Shown one piece after another: positions 34,640 through 47,769 of a stretch of 64,000 nt of DNA. The position numbers and the translations under genes are program-made. Origin of the DNA: Trichosphaerium sp. ATCC 40318 (lineage: Eukaryota > Protista > Tubulinea); contig JALMLS010000257.1 in NCBI GenBank assembly GCA_038496445.1, forward strand, positions 1 through 64,000. Direction: 5' to 3'. Numbering within the stretch: the first letter of the stretch is position 1; each line of letters opens with the position of its first letter. The notes under the pieces are model-generated. The model saw only the letters and a program-made list of their open reading frames with translations. It did not search any database and had not been told where the DNA came from.

Positions 34640-37600
34640 GCAAGTCAATTTGTTAGTGGTGGGCGCTGCTGTCAGTACTGTACTTCAGATCACAGTGTTT
34701 GGTACGCTATTGAACATATCTTACTTGAAGTGTCTTTAACCTCCGCTAGGATTCCTGGCCTTGCTTCAGACCTTGTGTTTATTGGCGACACGAGACTTGA
34801 TCTCGTGGGAGAAGATGATAGTGATCCAACACGAATGGCTACAATAGTAGCCCCAGAATTGCAAAGGTAACGTATTCAGCTATGACAAATTGACATCTAG
34901 CTAACTTTTTTGTAGTTTGAGCGATCGCTCAGTTGCCTTCAGTGCAAGATTTGATTTTTTCGACTTTGTACCATGCTCAGAAGTTCCTCCTGGATTCCAG
35001 GTATAGGATTGTAACGTTATGTTTTATTCACAGCTAAAAATCTCGTTCTAGGTGTTGAGACAACTGAGAAGTGACTGTATGTGATATTACTCAATTTCGT
35101 TCTTTGTAACATGACATTTGACATTGTATTATAGGTTATGGTGATAATAACCCAAATGCAAATCAAGCTGCTAAACCTTCTTGTACGTCACTTTTTTATG
35201 TTTGTTTTTTGACATTTTGCATTCAAGGTTGGCTTTGTGCTTGTGATTGGAATGGTAACGATTTGGTTTATTTACAAAGACGTGTACTCACGTGATTTTA
35301 GGAACTATTAGAGCGTTACCTACCAGTAGATGGAGAGGTGCCGTGTTTACTATTCAGAACGTTCAAGGAAGATGTGCACAAGTACGTTTTTTACCAAGCA
35401 GCTGTTTTAGCTTGTTCTTCTTTGCACGTGTAGCTCACGTGTTTTTTTTATAGTTTGGAGTTGGTGCTGGTAACAAGAACCTACTTAATTTTTCTTCGTC
35501 TGGATGGTATGACATATAGCAGTTCATAAGTTTAAACTCAACGACAAGCTTTATTCAATCTATATAGGTTTGATGTTGAAGTTGTTCAAGAACCAAGAAC
35601 AAGACAACCAGAACAAGAATCAAGCAATTTTGAACATCTTACAGGAGATATAAATATTGATTATACTATCGGTATTTTAATAATTTTAGAGCACTTGCAC
35701 GTGTAAATCACACGTCTTTTGTTTTTTTTTTGTGGCCAAGTCTTATTTTTTTCATACAGGTAACTTTGAAGCTTTTATTAATATCATCTTGGGCAACTTC
35801 TTGTTTCGTGATGAAAACATGGACGGCTTTCAAGGTAAATTTGCTCACTTAGTTTCTCATTTTCATAAAGTTCCGAATGCACGTGATCCCTGCGTCCACG
35901 CAAAACGTTTTTTTATTTTTTTTTAAATGAACAATTACTCAATTGTTTCTGTCTAGATTTTGACGAGTTTGGTTATGGTGATGTAGATGTATACTTATTA
36001 TCTGAATTTGGTAGTATTCTTGCAATAACATCAACAGATTCAGATGGATTTTACTTTTTCAACAAAGAAATGAACGCTCTACAGCTTGATTTTGATATGA
36101 CATTTCTGATATGTGTTGACTTCTTGGACGGCATTGGTAACGTAACCTTATCTCCTCTAAGTCCTCCTGGTATAGGAACACCTCCTACAGATTCAAATGG
36201 AGTCCTCACACAACTTGACTTGGATGAGGATGACGTTCTAGAGGTACTATTCTAACAAAAGTTGTTTTTTTTTCAAAGAAATCTTACTCACCGGAACTTT
36301 AGCAATATTCATGCTCCCCTGTTGTTGTTCCTGTTGCAGCACCTGATATACTTGTATACATCGACCAAACGATAGACTTTGGTTTCTATGATCCTAATGC
36401 TACAGACGTACGCACTTAGCACATCCTAAAATCGAAATAATTCTTACTTCTTTCCAAGCCTCCAACTGAAGTTCCAACAACGCTCCCTCCTACTACAGCT
36501 CCTCCCACTACAGAGCCACCTACTGAACGTCCTACGACTCAACCGCCAACAACTGCTCCACCAACAGTAGTTCCTACAGCACCTCCTACGTTGCCTCCTA
36601 CAACCCAATCGCCAACTACAACATCGCCAACAACAATACCTCCAACGACTTTATCTCCGACTACCAACCCACCTACAACGCTACCTCCAACGACTCTTCC
36701 GCCAACCACAAATCCGCCAACGACTCTCCCACCTACTACCCGTCCACCAACTACAAACTCGCCAACAACGGACGCGCCGACTACACCGCCTCCAACAACA
36801 TCTTCACCGACTACGGTATCACCAACAACGCTTCCTCCAACAACGTTACCACCTACAACACTTCCTCCAACGACGATACCACCCACAACAAACCCACCGA
36901 CTACGTTACAGCCTACAACTAATCCTCCAACAACACGTTCGCCAACAACACAGCCGCCTACTACTCGCGCACCAACAACACAGCCACCTACATTACCTCC
37001 TACAACACTTCCGCCTACAACAGCGCCACCAACAACGTTACCTCCAACTACTTTACCTCCTACAACGCTACCACCTACAACATTACCTCCAACAACATTA
37101 CCTCCAACAACGTTATCTCCTACCACCCTCGCACCTACAATACCACCTCCTACAACACGTTCGCCAACTACACAACCTCCTACCTTGCCTCCAACAACAC
37201 AACCTCCAACCACTTTACCTCCAACAACGCTGTCACCAACGACTAACCATCCGTCGACCTTACCTCCAACAACAACTGCGCCAACAGTAAGACCAATAAC
37301 ACCTCCACCATCCACAGCATCACCAACAACTCAGGTACTCATTAAACCATATTGATTGTTGACAATAACTCTTTATTTAAGTCGCCTACAACGGAACCTC
37401 CAACAATGACACTACCTCCTGTGGAACCTACGACTCCTTCTAGACAACCTACAACAGAAGCGCCTCCACCACCGACAGCACCAAGTACGTTTTTCTATTC
37501 CTTTCGGAAAGTAGAATTTGAAGGGCGGAATTTGTTTTATAAACTGACTGTTGCTTAGGCTGTCATGATTATGAACCTGGAACATCAAAACCTTTATACA

Positions 37601-37806
37601 TGGTACATATTTAATTTGTTAATAACAATCTGATCCAAAACTTACTCTGTCACTAGCCTCGATGTGAGAATGATTCTCATTGTCTCATATTTGTTCGGAT
37701 GTATCACTGTATCCAGACAATGACTTGTACGCCTATTGGTGTATGTGCTGTTGAAGAATGCTTTGATGCACGTGCGTGCAGGAACAAGTGGTATTGTACT
37801 CCATAA
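34640..37806 (+). CDS. Secreted/surface protein with SdrD-B/CnaB-like domain, long Pro/Thr mucin-like stalk and Cys-rich C-terminus (5' end uncertain)
   Basis: LGNFLFRDENMDGFQ|DFDEFGYGDVDVYLL...TSTDSDGFYFF resembles SdrD B repeats; (PPTTL)n exon at ~36459-37334; Cys-rich final exons. Confidence 0.65.
36459..37330 (+). repeat. 15-bp coding tandem repeat (PPTTx pentapeptide)
   Basis: Degenerate ccNccNacNacN-nnn units throughout. Confidence 0.9.
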
Positions 37807-38310
37807 TCGTTAAAAAAAACACCCCAAGAACCTATCCTGTCATAGATACTTTGTCAAGTGGGTTACACCATCATTTGTATATTCTATTTGTAGCCGAAAT
37901 AAAAAAGCTGAACTTTTCTCAACCACGTTCAACATAGTTTTAAAACAAATTCAATTTGGCTCGTATGCCATTCAAGGAAAAAAAAAGCAACACAAAAACT
38001 GCATAACATTGTCAAGATAATTCAATGTTAAAGGCAGATTTGTTTGCTTCGATTTATCATCAATCAGTCACCATTGCTGTTATATCAACACATTTCAATG
38101 ACACATGAAGCATTGCATCAGTGTCTGGCGTTAACATACAATAATGATTAGAGCACAGAAAATGCAGAGCTGGTACTTTGCAACATTCGAAGTGGACCTC
38201 ATAGTCAAGTGCATTGTATTTATTTAATGTTTAAACTTTCAAAGCAGGGATTTAGACGTGTTCTGTAAATGGTTACATTACACGTGACAGACAAAACTAG
38301 TACTTTATCT

Positions 38311-41300
38311 TTATGAAGTCATTTTGATGAAATCTTCTGATGTAGGTAATCCAGAACGTCTCTGAGGAATAGGATCATCGGGAATATCTTCACCATTCAG
38401 TTTTCTTTCAATCTTGTCAATAGTATTTTCCTTTATTCTCTTCTTTCCTTCTTCAGATAACTTCTTTGATTTTTCAAGAGATATAGGGGAAATATCATAC
38501 ATGAACTTGATTACTTTAAAAGGAACATGTGGGTATCTCATAATAGCATACTGAAAAGCAGATATGCCTTCTTTATCAAGAATGTCAAAATCAGCACCTA
38601 AACGAAAATAAAAAAATTAGAGTTTGACAAAGAGTCTTCGCTTTATTTTCTGAATTTGTACCTCCTCTTGCAATGTGTTGAAATACTAGTATTTCTTCAT
38701 CATCCATTGGATTTTTAGTTGAAGTACCAAAGTATGTAAAAAGGCGATGCAGAGGCGTTGAACCTGGACACAAAGTAAACAACATATGAAAATCCAACAA
38801 AGTGTAACTTGTAAATTTAAACTGTTTCTGACAACTGTCTCCGATAAAACAAGCCAAACATGTAAGTAATTTTCTTTTAGCTACTACTCGACTTTTGTGA
38901 TTTTGTATTAAAAAAAAAACCCAACACGTGTTTTAGGAGAAGTTGCGAAATGTTTTCGAAAAAAAAATTATGCTAAGGTACCATTAGAGTCCTGTGCGTT
39001 AACATTTGCTCCCTTTTCAATAAGAAGTTTTGTAAGTTCTGCTGATCTTTTCTCTGCACAATAGTGACGACAACAAATATAATGAAGAGGTGTCTGATCT
39101 TTAGACTTCATAAAATCGCCCGAACTAGAAACACCAAATTAATCAAAAAAATCTGAAAAAAAAACTACATACTCGCAAAGAGCGTTAACGTTAGCTCCAT
39201 GAGCGATTAGTATACGTGCTGGATTTACAGCTGAAGCAGTACAACATGTATGAAGAGGTGTGACGCCATTTTCATCAGAGACATTAGGATCAGCGCCATT
39301 ATCTGTCAACAAATCGACAATGTCTTCGTTTTGAGGAAACAAACCAAGAAGAGTTGCACCTTTTGCTCAGTAAGTAATCACGTGACAAATGTTATTTGAT
39401 GTGTTTAATGTACCAGTAGACATTGTTGTGTTAACATCAACACGTTTGCAGGATAATAAAGCTTGAAGAGCAGGTGTTCCACCAAGTGCTGTCATGTGGA
39501 TCGGATAAGGAGCCATAGCGGTAATATATTCTTCTTCGTCTTCAGAGTCGTATCCTGATTCAACAGCTGCTTTGCAATTTACCTCGCATGTAGTATCGGA
39601 TGTAAGGTACTCGATGATTTGGATATGACCTTTTAGACAAGCAATATGAAGAGGCGAAAGGTCATTGAATCCAGTGACATTAATATCAATCTGAAAAAGA
39701 AAGTTAAACCAAACAATCAAAACCATAAAAAATAACGATTTGTACTCTACCTTTTTCCCTTCAACTAGTGATTTGACCTTTTCCAAATCATTATTAAGAA
39801 CTGCATGGTGTAACAATGTGTTATTTTTGGAATCACGACCATCAACGTTCTTCACAAGAGGAATCAAGTAATCAACCAAATCATTGTGACCACATTCAGA
39901 TGCAATACCAATACATGATGACCCATTACTCATATTCATGGATGTGTCTGCTCCATTTTCGATGAGGAAAGTCATAACAGGTACGTTTCCCGACATTGAG
40001 GCTACAATGGCAGGTGTTCTACCAGAGGTATCCGCGGCATTGATGATTTTTAAAAAGTCAACGTTTTTCGTTTTTGCCAGATTAAGAATTTCCAAAGCTG
40101 TCGTTGTGTTTGATTTCCCTGTGACGATTTGGTTCGGATTATATGCGTTTATAGCTATCAAGTGTACGATATTCCATTTTGAACCATCTAACGTCTTCTC
40201 AAATAAGACAGGGTCAAAATCTTTGTCTTCCATTGATTTTTTCAAACCATCCAAATCATTTACAAATGCTTGGACATGAAGATTACATCCTTGACCTGCA
40301 ATTGCTTTCTTCGCTGTTGACAAAAAGTGTTAATACGTGCACATTGTTAAAGTATCGCTATAAATATCGTACATGCTTCTAAAAGCCATTCTTTATCTTC
40401 AGGCTTCTCAAGTACATCAAACGCATTTTCTTGCTTCAAAAATATTAAATGGACAAGTTTCTGTTTCTCTCTCATACCTTAGCATTCTTTGGGATTAAAG
40501 GCATTGCGCCAAGACTCAATAACTTCTCTGCTACCTCTTTACGCTGTTCAAGAGATGCAAATGGGATTATAGTACTATTACTGTCTTTGCTACTTGACCT
40601 AAAAATAATTGAGTGTAACTGCTCACTGCCGTTTTTTCAGAAATCTGACCAGTCTTTCGCGTAAAAAGCACCAACTGACTCTAATATAGGCGTCTCACCT
40701 CCTCTCGCAGTCCTAGAATACAAGTTAACTTGACAACAGTAGAACAGAGCAAGCTTCCCAAAAGAAAAATAGAATTCCATGAAAAGTAAAAATAAAAACC
40801 ACTGTCACGTGTTTTTTGGTTTTAGGTTTGTTTATGCTTACTTTGCAGTTGCGTTGATATCCGTATTTGTAAGTGCTTTGCGCTCCAAAAGAAGATTCAA
40901 TGCTGGCAGATGACCACCGCCTGCACAGTAGTGATAGAGTGTATTACCTCGGGAACTACAAAGTTTGTCAATAAAAATATTTGAACAAAAAAAGGAGCTA
41001 GTACTCTATGCCATCAGTATCACACTTTTTATCCACTAAATACTGAATAACATCAACTCCAGCTCTACAGTTAACAGCCCAATGAAGGGAATACGTAAAG
41101 TCTGACCCAACAACTAAAAAATCGTTATCTTTGAATGAGTCTCGTATAACGAAGATCGGTTACGTTTGTTCGCGTCTGCGCCTTCTTCTACAGCTGATTT
41201 AATAGCTTTTAGGAAACTAAACAACTGTTAACGGCCAAAGCACTTAAAAACGTCTCAAAAAAGCACCAAGCGTATTGAATACTCTAAAACAGCTTGTATT

Positions 41301-41383
41301 GTGTACCTGTACATTAAAGCGCTTTTAATCCGCTCCTCAGGTTTCTTTATACGCATCGTGTGCGACAACATACTATAAGACAT
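38311..41383 (-). CDS. Multi-exon ankyrin-repeat protein
   Basis: GRTPAIVASMSGNVPVMTFLIENGAD, LSPLHIACLKGHIQIIEYL, GVTPLHTCC, GSTPLHRL and further ANK motifs; may be one long gene. Confidence 0.8.
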
Positions 41384-42074
41384 GGTTACAGCGTTATAAA
41401 CAGCAATATTTATGGGAAGGGACTAAGCTGTTAAGGAAGTTTGTTTTGTGAATATCCAAAAAAGACTAGTAACACTTGACAGGCTGGAAGTTAAAATGTA
41501 TGCTGAGTATTGTCTGTAACGTGCAACGTCACCACGTTCAGTACCAACATTTCCACCAAGACTTCACTGTGAACTTTGACGAAATACACAAATGTATTCT
41601 ACAATGATATTCGTATTTTGAGGGGTTAACGTACTAATAAATTACGCTATTATCCTACAACTAAGGCCACGTCTCTCTTACACGTATTCTCATCTTTCGT
41701 GTGCCCTTTAACGTTTCATTGTCAGGTTTCTTCGTGGGTGTTCTCACCTGCCTACACGTGCATACGGATTTGACCAGATAATCAATAAAAACGGAGAGAT
41801 AATCCTATTTTTTTCTTAGGTCATTGTTTAATAGGTACTTTCTTGTTATTTCACAGTTTAATGCTACCTCTATGACAAAGAAGTAGTGCTGAGATGTACA
41901 GCATGTACACATCAACGCGATCTTGCACTTCAGATTCGTTGGTGCCCTTTGTTGTACTGTTTATTGCAGTTAGGATATTGTACAAATTGTCTTTTTTTGA
42001 AAAGGCTTGTTAAACAAAACATGTGCAACTATGATTCGCTCAAGTATGTTCATTAGATCTCTCCTGGTTTGTTC

Positions 42075-42235
42075 AATTATATTGGGTTCAAAGAACCACA
42101 AGCCATGTTTATCAGCAAACTCCTAAGTACATTATATTACATGTAAACAAAAGAAAGGTGTTATTTATTTGCACACCTGACCCGCCTCTGTTGTCACTTC
42201 ACATTTAGATTCCAATCTTGTTTTGAAATCAAGCA
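42075..42235 (-). pseudogene. Possible decayed Rab-like small GTPase fragment
   Basis: LESKCEVTTEAGQ|EFADKHGLWFFE resembles the Rab region between NKxD and ETSAK. A similar fragment EAQDFADRNDLHFIE lies at ~44590-44640 (+). Confidence 0.35.
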
Positions 42236-43368
42236 GAATAAACTGTACATTGTCACGTGTGATGTTTCTTTTTGCTAATTTTGTAAAAAAGTTGAGTTGC
42301 TTGTAGGATTCGAGATGGCATAGCCGATATGTTTTAGGGAGCGTAACTTACAATATTAAAATCGCAAATAGCATCTCAAGAGTATTGGATATGACACGGT
42401 GGCTTATATTTACTGCAAGATGTACACAACAGTAGAGCTTTCCTAGCTCATTTCGTCTTACAGCGTTTTTGCTTAGTGAACAGTTACAACCAACGCATCT
42501 CTTTGACAATGATACCATGATGGATATTCGGATTACTTTTGCTGTGAGAATAGTCCACTAAGCTATAACAATCGCTTGTTTATGAAGTTGTAATAAGCGA
42601 TATGAATTTTATTCTGAAATGTCGTTACACAACAAAGACCAGTACTTGTTTATGTTAACCTAGCAAAGTCACAAGTTCAGTAAAATAAAGATGTTTATGG
42701 CCTCAGGAAAACAAGACAATGTTGTGTTTGAAAATAACTATTAATCATGGAATGTTGTAACTGTATTACGGATAGCCAACTATGTATAGATTGGAAATAA
42801 ACAACGTTATTGTAAACAAACCCTATGTTAAAAATGACCATTATGAGAAAAGTCTGATACTTCTGCATATGATCTAAATGCTTATTTGATACTTTCTAAT
42901 CAACTTTGGCAACACTCGGAGAGTTTGGGATTATTTTGAGAGACAAGAAAACTCGACACTTTTTGAATAAAGATAAAAAAGGTAAAACAAAAAAAAAATG
43001 GGTTCTGTCGAACGTGTCAAAAATCAGATTGTACTCCTCTTCTACAATACTTTACGTAGCATCTGACATACACTAAACAAGAACAACTCCTTAATTCAAA
43101 TCATTCCTCAATTCTCAAGAGAGACCAAAAAACGTTTGGGATTTTCTCGATTTTTCACGGTGAACGACTCTGTTTGTTTAGGGCTCATGGTGGCACTGGC
43201 ATAAAATATACAGTTTTTCAAAATTTGCATGGTGCAATATTTGTGTCTTTTTTGTACAAAAAAGTGTTTTCCAGCACGTGATAACAAAGTCTGATAAAGT
43301 CAAAAAAAAGGAGAAAAGTGATAAAAAAAAAAAGAAACAATTTGAGTAGCACCTTATCTAGATCAACT

Positions 43369-44430
43369 ATGCTTATCAACCACGTAATAGCAGCAATTGT
43401 ACTATTGTCCATGACTACTATTGTGTCATCAATCTCCTCTATTCGTGAGCGCCATACAAAACTTCAAACCTCCACAATAGCTGTGAACAGGTTACAAACG
43501 AATGGAACCATTCCGCCTTCAACTAATGGAACAAACAGCACCTTTCCGCCATCAACCAACAGCACATTTCCTCCATCAACCAATGGCACTTTCCCGCCAG
43601 CAATGAACGGAACATTTCCACCCTCAACAAATGGTACATTCCCGCCATCAATGAACGGAACATTTCCACCATCAACAAATGGTACATTTCCACCGTCAAC
43701 GAATGGCACATTCCCGCCATCAATGAACGGAACATTTCCACCATCAACAAATGGTACATTTCCACCGTCAACGAATGGCACATTTCCTCCGTCAACAAAT
43801 GGTACATTTCCTCCGTCAACGAATGGCACATTCCCACCATCAACGAATGGCACATTTCCACCATCAACCAATGGCACATTCCCGCCAGCAATGAACGGAA
43901 CATTTCCACCCTCAACAAATGGTACATTCCCGCCATCAATGAACGGAACATTTCCACCATCAACAAATGGTACATTTCCACCGTCAACGAATGGCACATT
44001 TCCTCCGTCAACCAATGGCACATTCCCGCCAGCAATGAACGGAACATTTCCACCCTCAACAAATGGTACATTCCCGCCATCAATGAACGGAACATTTCCA
44101 CCATCAACAAATGGCACATTTCCACCGTCAACAAATGGCACGTTCCCACCATCAACCAATGGCACATTTCCTCCATCAACCAATGGTACATTTCCACCAT
44201 CAACCAATGGCACCTTCCCTCCGTCTTCAAACAGTACTAATCCTCCAACTTTAGCTCCATCATCGCAACCAAATTTCTTCTGTATTTGTTGTATTGTATC
44301 ATTCCCTCTTCCACCTTCTGGATCTAAACCTAATTGTAAACTTGTCTATTACCCAGAAAGTACAAGATACAGAGACGACCTCTTTTGTAGTTGCTATCCG
44401 TCATCACGTGATAAACCTCACTTTAACTAG
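43369..44430 (+). CDS. Secreted glycoprotein with ~28 octapeptide (S/A)(T/M)NGTFPP repeats and Cys-rich tail, intronless
   Basis: Signal peptide MLINHVIAAIVLLSMTTIVSS; 24-bp tandem repeat at ~43500-44230; C-terminal CICC...C...CSC. Confidence 0.8.
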   Translation: MLINHVIAAIVLLSMTTIVSSISSIRERHTKLQTSTIAVNRLQTNGTIPPSTNGTNSTFPPSTNSTFPPSTNGTFPPAMNGTFPPSTNGTFPPSMNGTFPPSTNGTFPPSTNGTFPPSMNGTFPPSTNGTFPPSTNGTFPPSTNGTFPPSTNGTFPPSTNGTFPPSTNGTFPPAMNGTFPPSTNGTFPPSMNGTFPPSTNGTFPPSTNGTFPPSTNGTFPPAMNGTFPPSTNGTFPPSMNGTFPPSTNGTFPPSTNGTFPPSTNGTFPPSTNGTFPPSTNGTFPPSSNSTNPPTLAPSSQPNFFCICCIVSFPLPPSGSKPNCKLVYYPESTRYRDDLFCSCYPSSRDKPHFN

Positions 44431-45273
44431 CGCTGGCTTTAAATAAAAATCTACTTTGTCCCAAAGTTGTACTTATTTCACATAACTAACAATCAATTTG
44501 GGCACTTTCTCAATCCATACTGAAGCGTCAAACCAAAAGGATACAAACGCCACTTATTGAACCATTTAATTGTTAGGGAAGTTACGGAGGCAGGAGGCAC
44601 AAGATTTTGCTGACAGAAATGATTTACATTTTATAGAACTCTTTAAAGTTAATACAATTTGCTACTTTGGAAGACAGAGTCATACCGTACTACTTAATTT
44701 AATAATGACAACATCGTTCCACATCAACTTGAGTCAACAGAAAAACCCTCATTTCACTGCCATTGTCAAAGGCTGTCTTGTACTGCGCATACACTGTCTT
44801 TGTTATAAAGAACCTCTAACTCACAAAACGAAATGAATAAAGACTTTCTTATGCCTAACAGTTGCATCTTCTCGTAGTTCCAAATTATGCGTTTACGCGC
44901 AAACATTTCTCTTAAACTACTTTCCAACAATAAAAGCTATGAACTTTAAATGGAAGGCTACACAACTACTAAGCATTGGGATGATAAAACAACATTCCTA
45001 ACATAGCGCTTCTCCAAATGCTAATTCAGGGAATTGTGTAGCCAACGTGATACCCTTGATTGCAATTGCAGTACGTAGTAAAATGATAGTGTACCTTGAA
45101 ACCGTTGTCTGTTACATTAAAGCAGCCTGAACTCCAACTGTAAAGAAACATTGTTTTGTAACCATTTCATATATCAAGAAACACAGTTTATTGAATTACT
45201 AGCACAGAACCTAACATTTGTGAAGAGGTATTTCTATGGTTTTGTAAAGCAATATCGATCTCTTTATCTTGAT

Positions 45274-46050
45274 CTATTCGTTTGTGTGGCACAAATAAAT
45301 ACTACAGGTTTCAAGACTCGCTCTAATATACCATATCTCATAGATCGTACAATTTTCATTCCAACACTCCCAAGTTTGTTCCAACTGTGGAATTACATTA
45401 TTGTAATCTTCATTATAGTCATACTCTTCAAAACTGAATAAATGATACTCACATGCTACACGCATTCCTCTATTATTAGCCTTAAACAGGCAGTTGCTGC
45501 AATAAATCTTGTCTTCCCATTCACAACTGGCTTTAGTATTATGGCACTCTACACATACTAGTTCAGTAACTTCTGTACTTCCATCTGGAGCACAACATTC
45601 ACAAACTCTATCTCCATTCACCCTTACTGATACCAACTCAGCTTCACAAATATCACATAACATGAAGTCAGGGTAGAAATAAGAATCCATAAACCATTTA
45701 TAGCAACTCAAAGCATCCTTCCAAGGAAATGAATCTTTAACAAAAGCGTTGTCATCGTACCTACTGAAAAAAACATAATTCTTAGTTCTAATGATTGGTA
45801 GTATGTCTGGTAGATTTTTTGGGCACAAACAAGAGAGCACGTGAACGTGTAGAAGAAATTTATCGTCATTGCCAATATAACCTTGTATACGTCTTTGAAA
45901 GGTGGTATTTGTTGATTTAAGCTGTACGAGACTACAAACGTTTGTGTAGAGGAGTATATCGACTATAATGAAGAATACGTCGTTGTATAGTGTTGAGAGT
46001 GTTATACTATCTTGATTAACTGCAGAAGAACTTTTTTTATAAGCGCTCAT
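45274..46050 (-). CDS. Intronless protein with degenerate F-box-like N-terminus and multiple CxxC zinc-binding motifs
   Basis: LSTLYNDVFFIIVDIL...LVQLKSTNTTFQ; CDIC, CECC, CVEC, CSNC, CEYH. Confidence 0.65.
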   Translation of the reverse strand: MSAYKKSSSAVNQDSITLSTLYNDVFFIIVDILLYTNVCSLVQLKSTNTTFQRRIQGYIGNDDKFLLHVHVLSCLCPKNLPDILPIIRTKNYVFFSRYDDNAFVKDSFPWKDALSCYKWFMDSYFYPDFMLCDICEAELVSVRVNGDRVCECCAPDGSTEVTELVCVECHNTKASCEWEDKIYCSNCLFKANNRGMRVACEYHLFSFEEYDYNEDYNNVIPQLEQTWECWNENCTIYEIWYIRASLETCSIYLCHTNE

Positions 46051-46539
46051 GTGGTATTTGTTATTAATCCTTTCATTGTATTAAAAGTGATGCATTTAAC
46101 GAATCCTTCAATGACAGTTAGCTAAGTATCGCTGTTAATGTGCTAAGCTACTAAGTAAGTGGTCTTGTCATTTAAATACTCATTATTTAAGTGTGAGCAC
46201 GTGCAGAACCAAAAATTAAGAAGGAATATGGAATAGGTTGTAAATCGCTAGATTTTTTTAACAACAAACATTGGTTTGGTAAGTTGGATAGTTACACGCG
46301 TATGCAATTAAAATAAAAACTTATGTACTCCATAGTGAGTGTATCACCGAATTCTAGGTTCAATAAAGGATTTTCTTCCTTGTTTTTTGGGTAGCGTTCA
46401 TCGGGTCTATACTCTTGCTAGTAAGTGGAATAAACGGTATATATATTGCAAAGGAAATGTTAAGTTTTGTCTGATAATATGCTTTAGTAAAATCTTATAT
46501 TAGAAAGTAAAATACAAATCGTAAGTAGTAAAGTTAGAG

Positions 46540-47273
46540 TTAAACGTTTTCAGCTCGTAACTTTTTGAGCGTATCACTCTTTTCGTATTGCTTTAATTGC
46601 TCATGAAATCCATAATTAGGCTCTGCTATAGCTCTTTTCTCACTAGCAAAAGTACACGCTTCATCTAAAGTCATACCTTGTCTCGCCTACACAACTTTCT
46701 TAGCAGAGATAACAGCAACAAAAAAAGTAAAAACAAAGTTGTTTGTATACCATAAGATAAGCTACTACCACAGTTGTACTTCTTGATTTTCCTTGAGCAC
46801 AATGAACAATAACACTACCTTTTGATAACCCTTCATCAATGAATCTAATGCACTCTTCCAACTACAAACAACATTAAAGACCACAAAGTCAAAAAAAAAA
46901 AGCCAAGTAAAAAAAAAGCACTTCAAAGAAAAAGCGACTGACGATCACCAAGACTTTCAATTGTCTTAAAATATGGCCTATTCTATAGATATACACGTAC
47001 TGTATCCCATGGCTTATTCTCGAATAGCTTCTGTTCCGGCTTGTCAACCCAGGTAAGTTTTTTGAAAATAATTCCGTCGTCTTCTAATGGTTTTACGTTT
47101 CTTTTCGCCCAAGCTACAAAAAACTTTTCCAAAGCAACTCCAGCGCAGTTAAGTATATGTGTTATATTGTTATCTTTAACAAATTTGATCGTTGAAGCCT
47201 GATAAGCTCCCAAATATAGAGTTCCTGGTTTATCTTTTAAAACAACGTTTGCTGGGTTTTTTGATGAATCCAT
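46540..47273 (-). CDS. Dual-specificity protein phosphatase (3 exons)
   Basis: LYLGAYQ, ITHILNCA, VIVHCAQGKSRSTTVVVAYLM (HCx5R), AEPNYGFHEQL. Confidence 0.9.
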
Positions 47274-47769
47274 AGAGATAGCGACTGATATATCTAACAT
47301 TTACGTTATTTCTTATTTTAAAACACTCTAGTACACTTGTCATCCTTAACAGCCTCACTTGTATGGTCACGGAGGTGATACGAACAGTTCTGAATGGAGT
47401 TAAATCAAAAACGAGCTAATAACGTTATTGTACCCTACAATGCGTCTTTCTGAACGGATTAGGCGCAAACTCGTCGCATTTGGCCTTTCCCGAAAATGTT
47501 ATCTGCGCCCTTACACTCTAACTCGGATTAACAGTTATACTTGTTTATCAAATATGTACCATGACTAGCAGGCGTGTTTGTATTGTATTGATGAAAATAG
47601 ATGAGGCGAAGGAATAAAATCAGAGAATTTCGTTCTAAATACGCCGAAAAAAAAAAAGTACAATTTGCTAAGTACGGAACTAACGGTTTGTTTTGTAAGA
47701 TAAATAATTTCACGCTCTCCGGAACCCGTTTTGAAGAGTCAACCGCAGTCTTAACGATAAAAACACGTG

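Noticed and set aside
36539-37315. 258-aa V/G-rich minus-strand ORF
   Set aside because: Antisense shadow of the PPTT coding repeat on the plus strand.
43464-44230. Two long minus-strand ORFs, and a possible CRISPR-like reading of the 24-bp array
   Set aside because: Antisense shadows of the NGTFPP repeat. The units are contiguous coding repeats with no unique spacers, and no cas genes are present.
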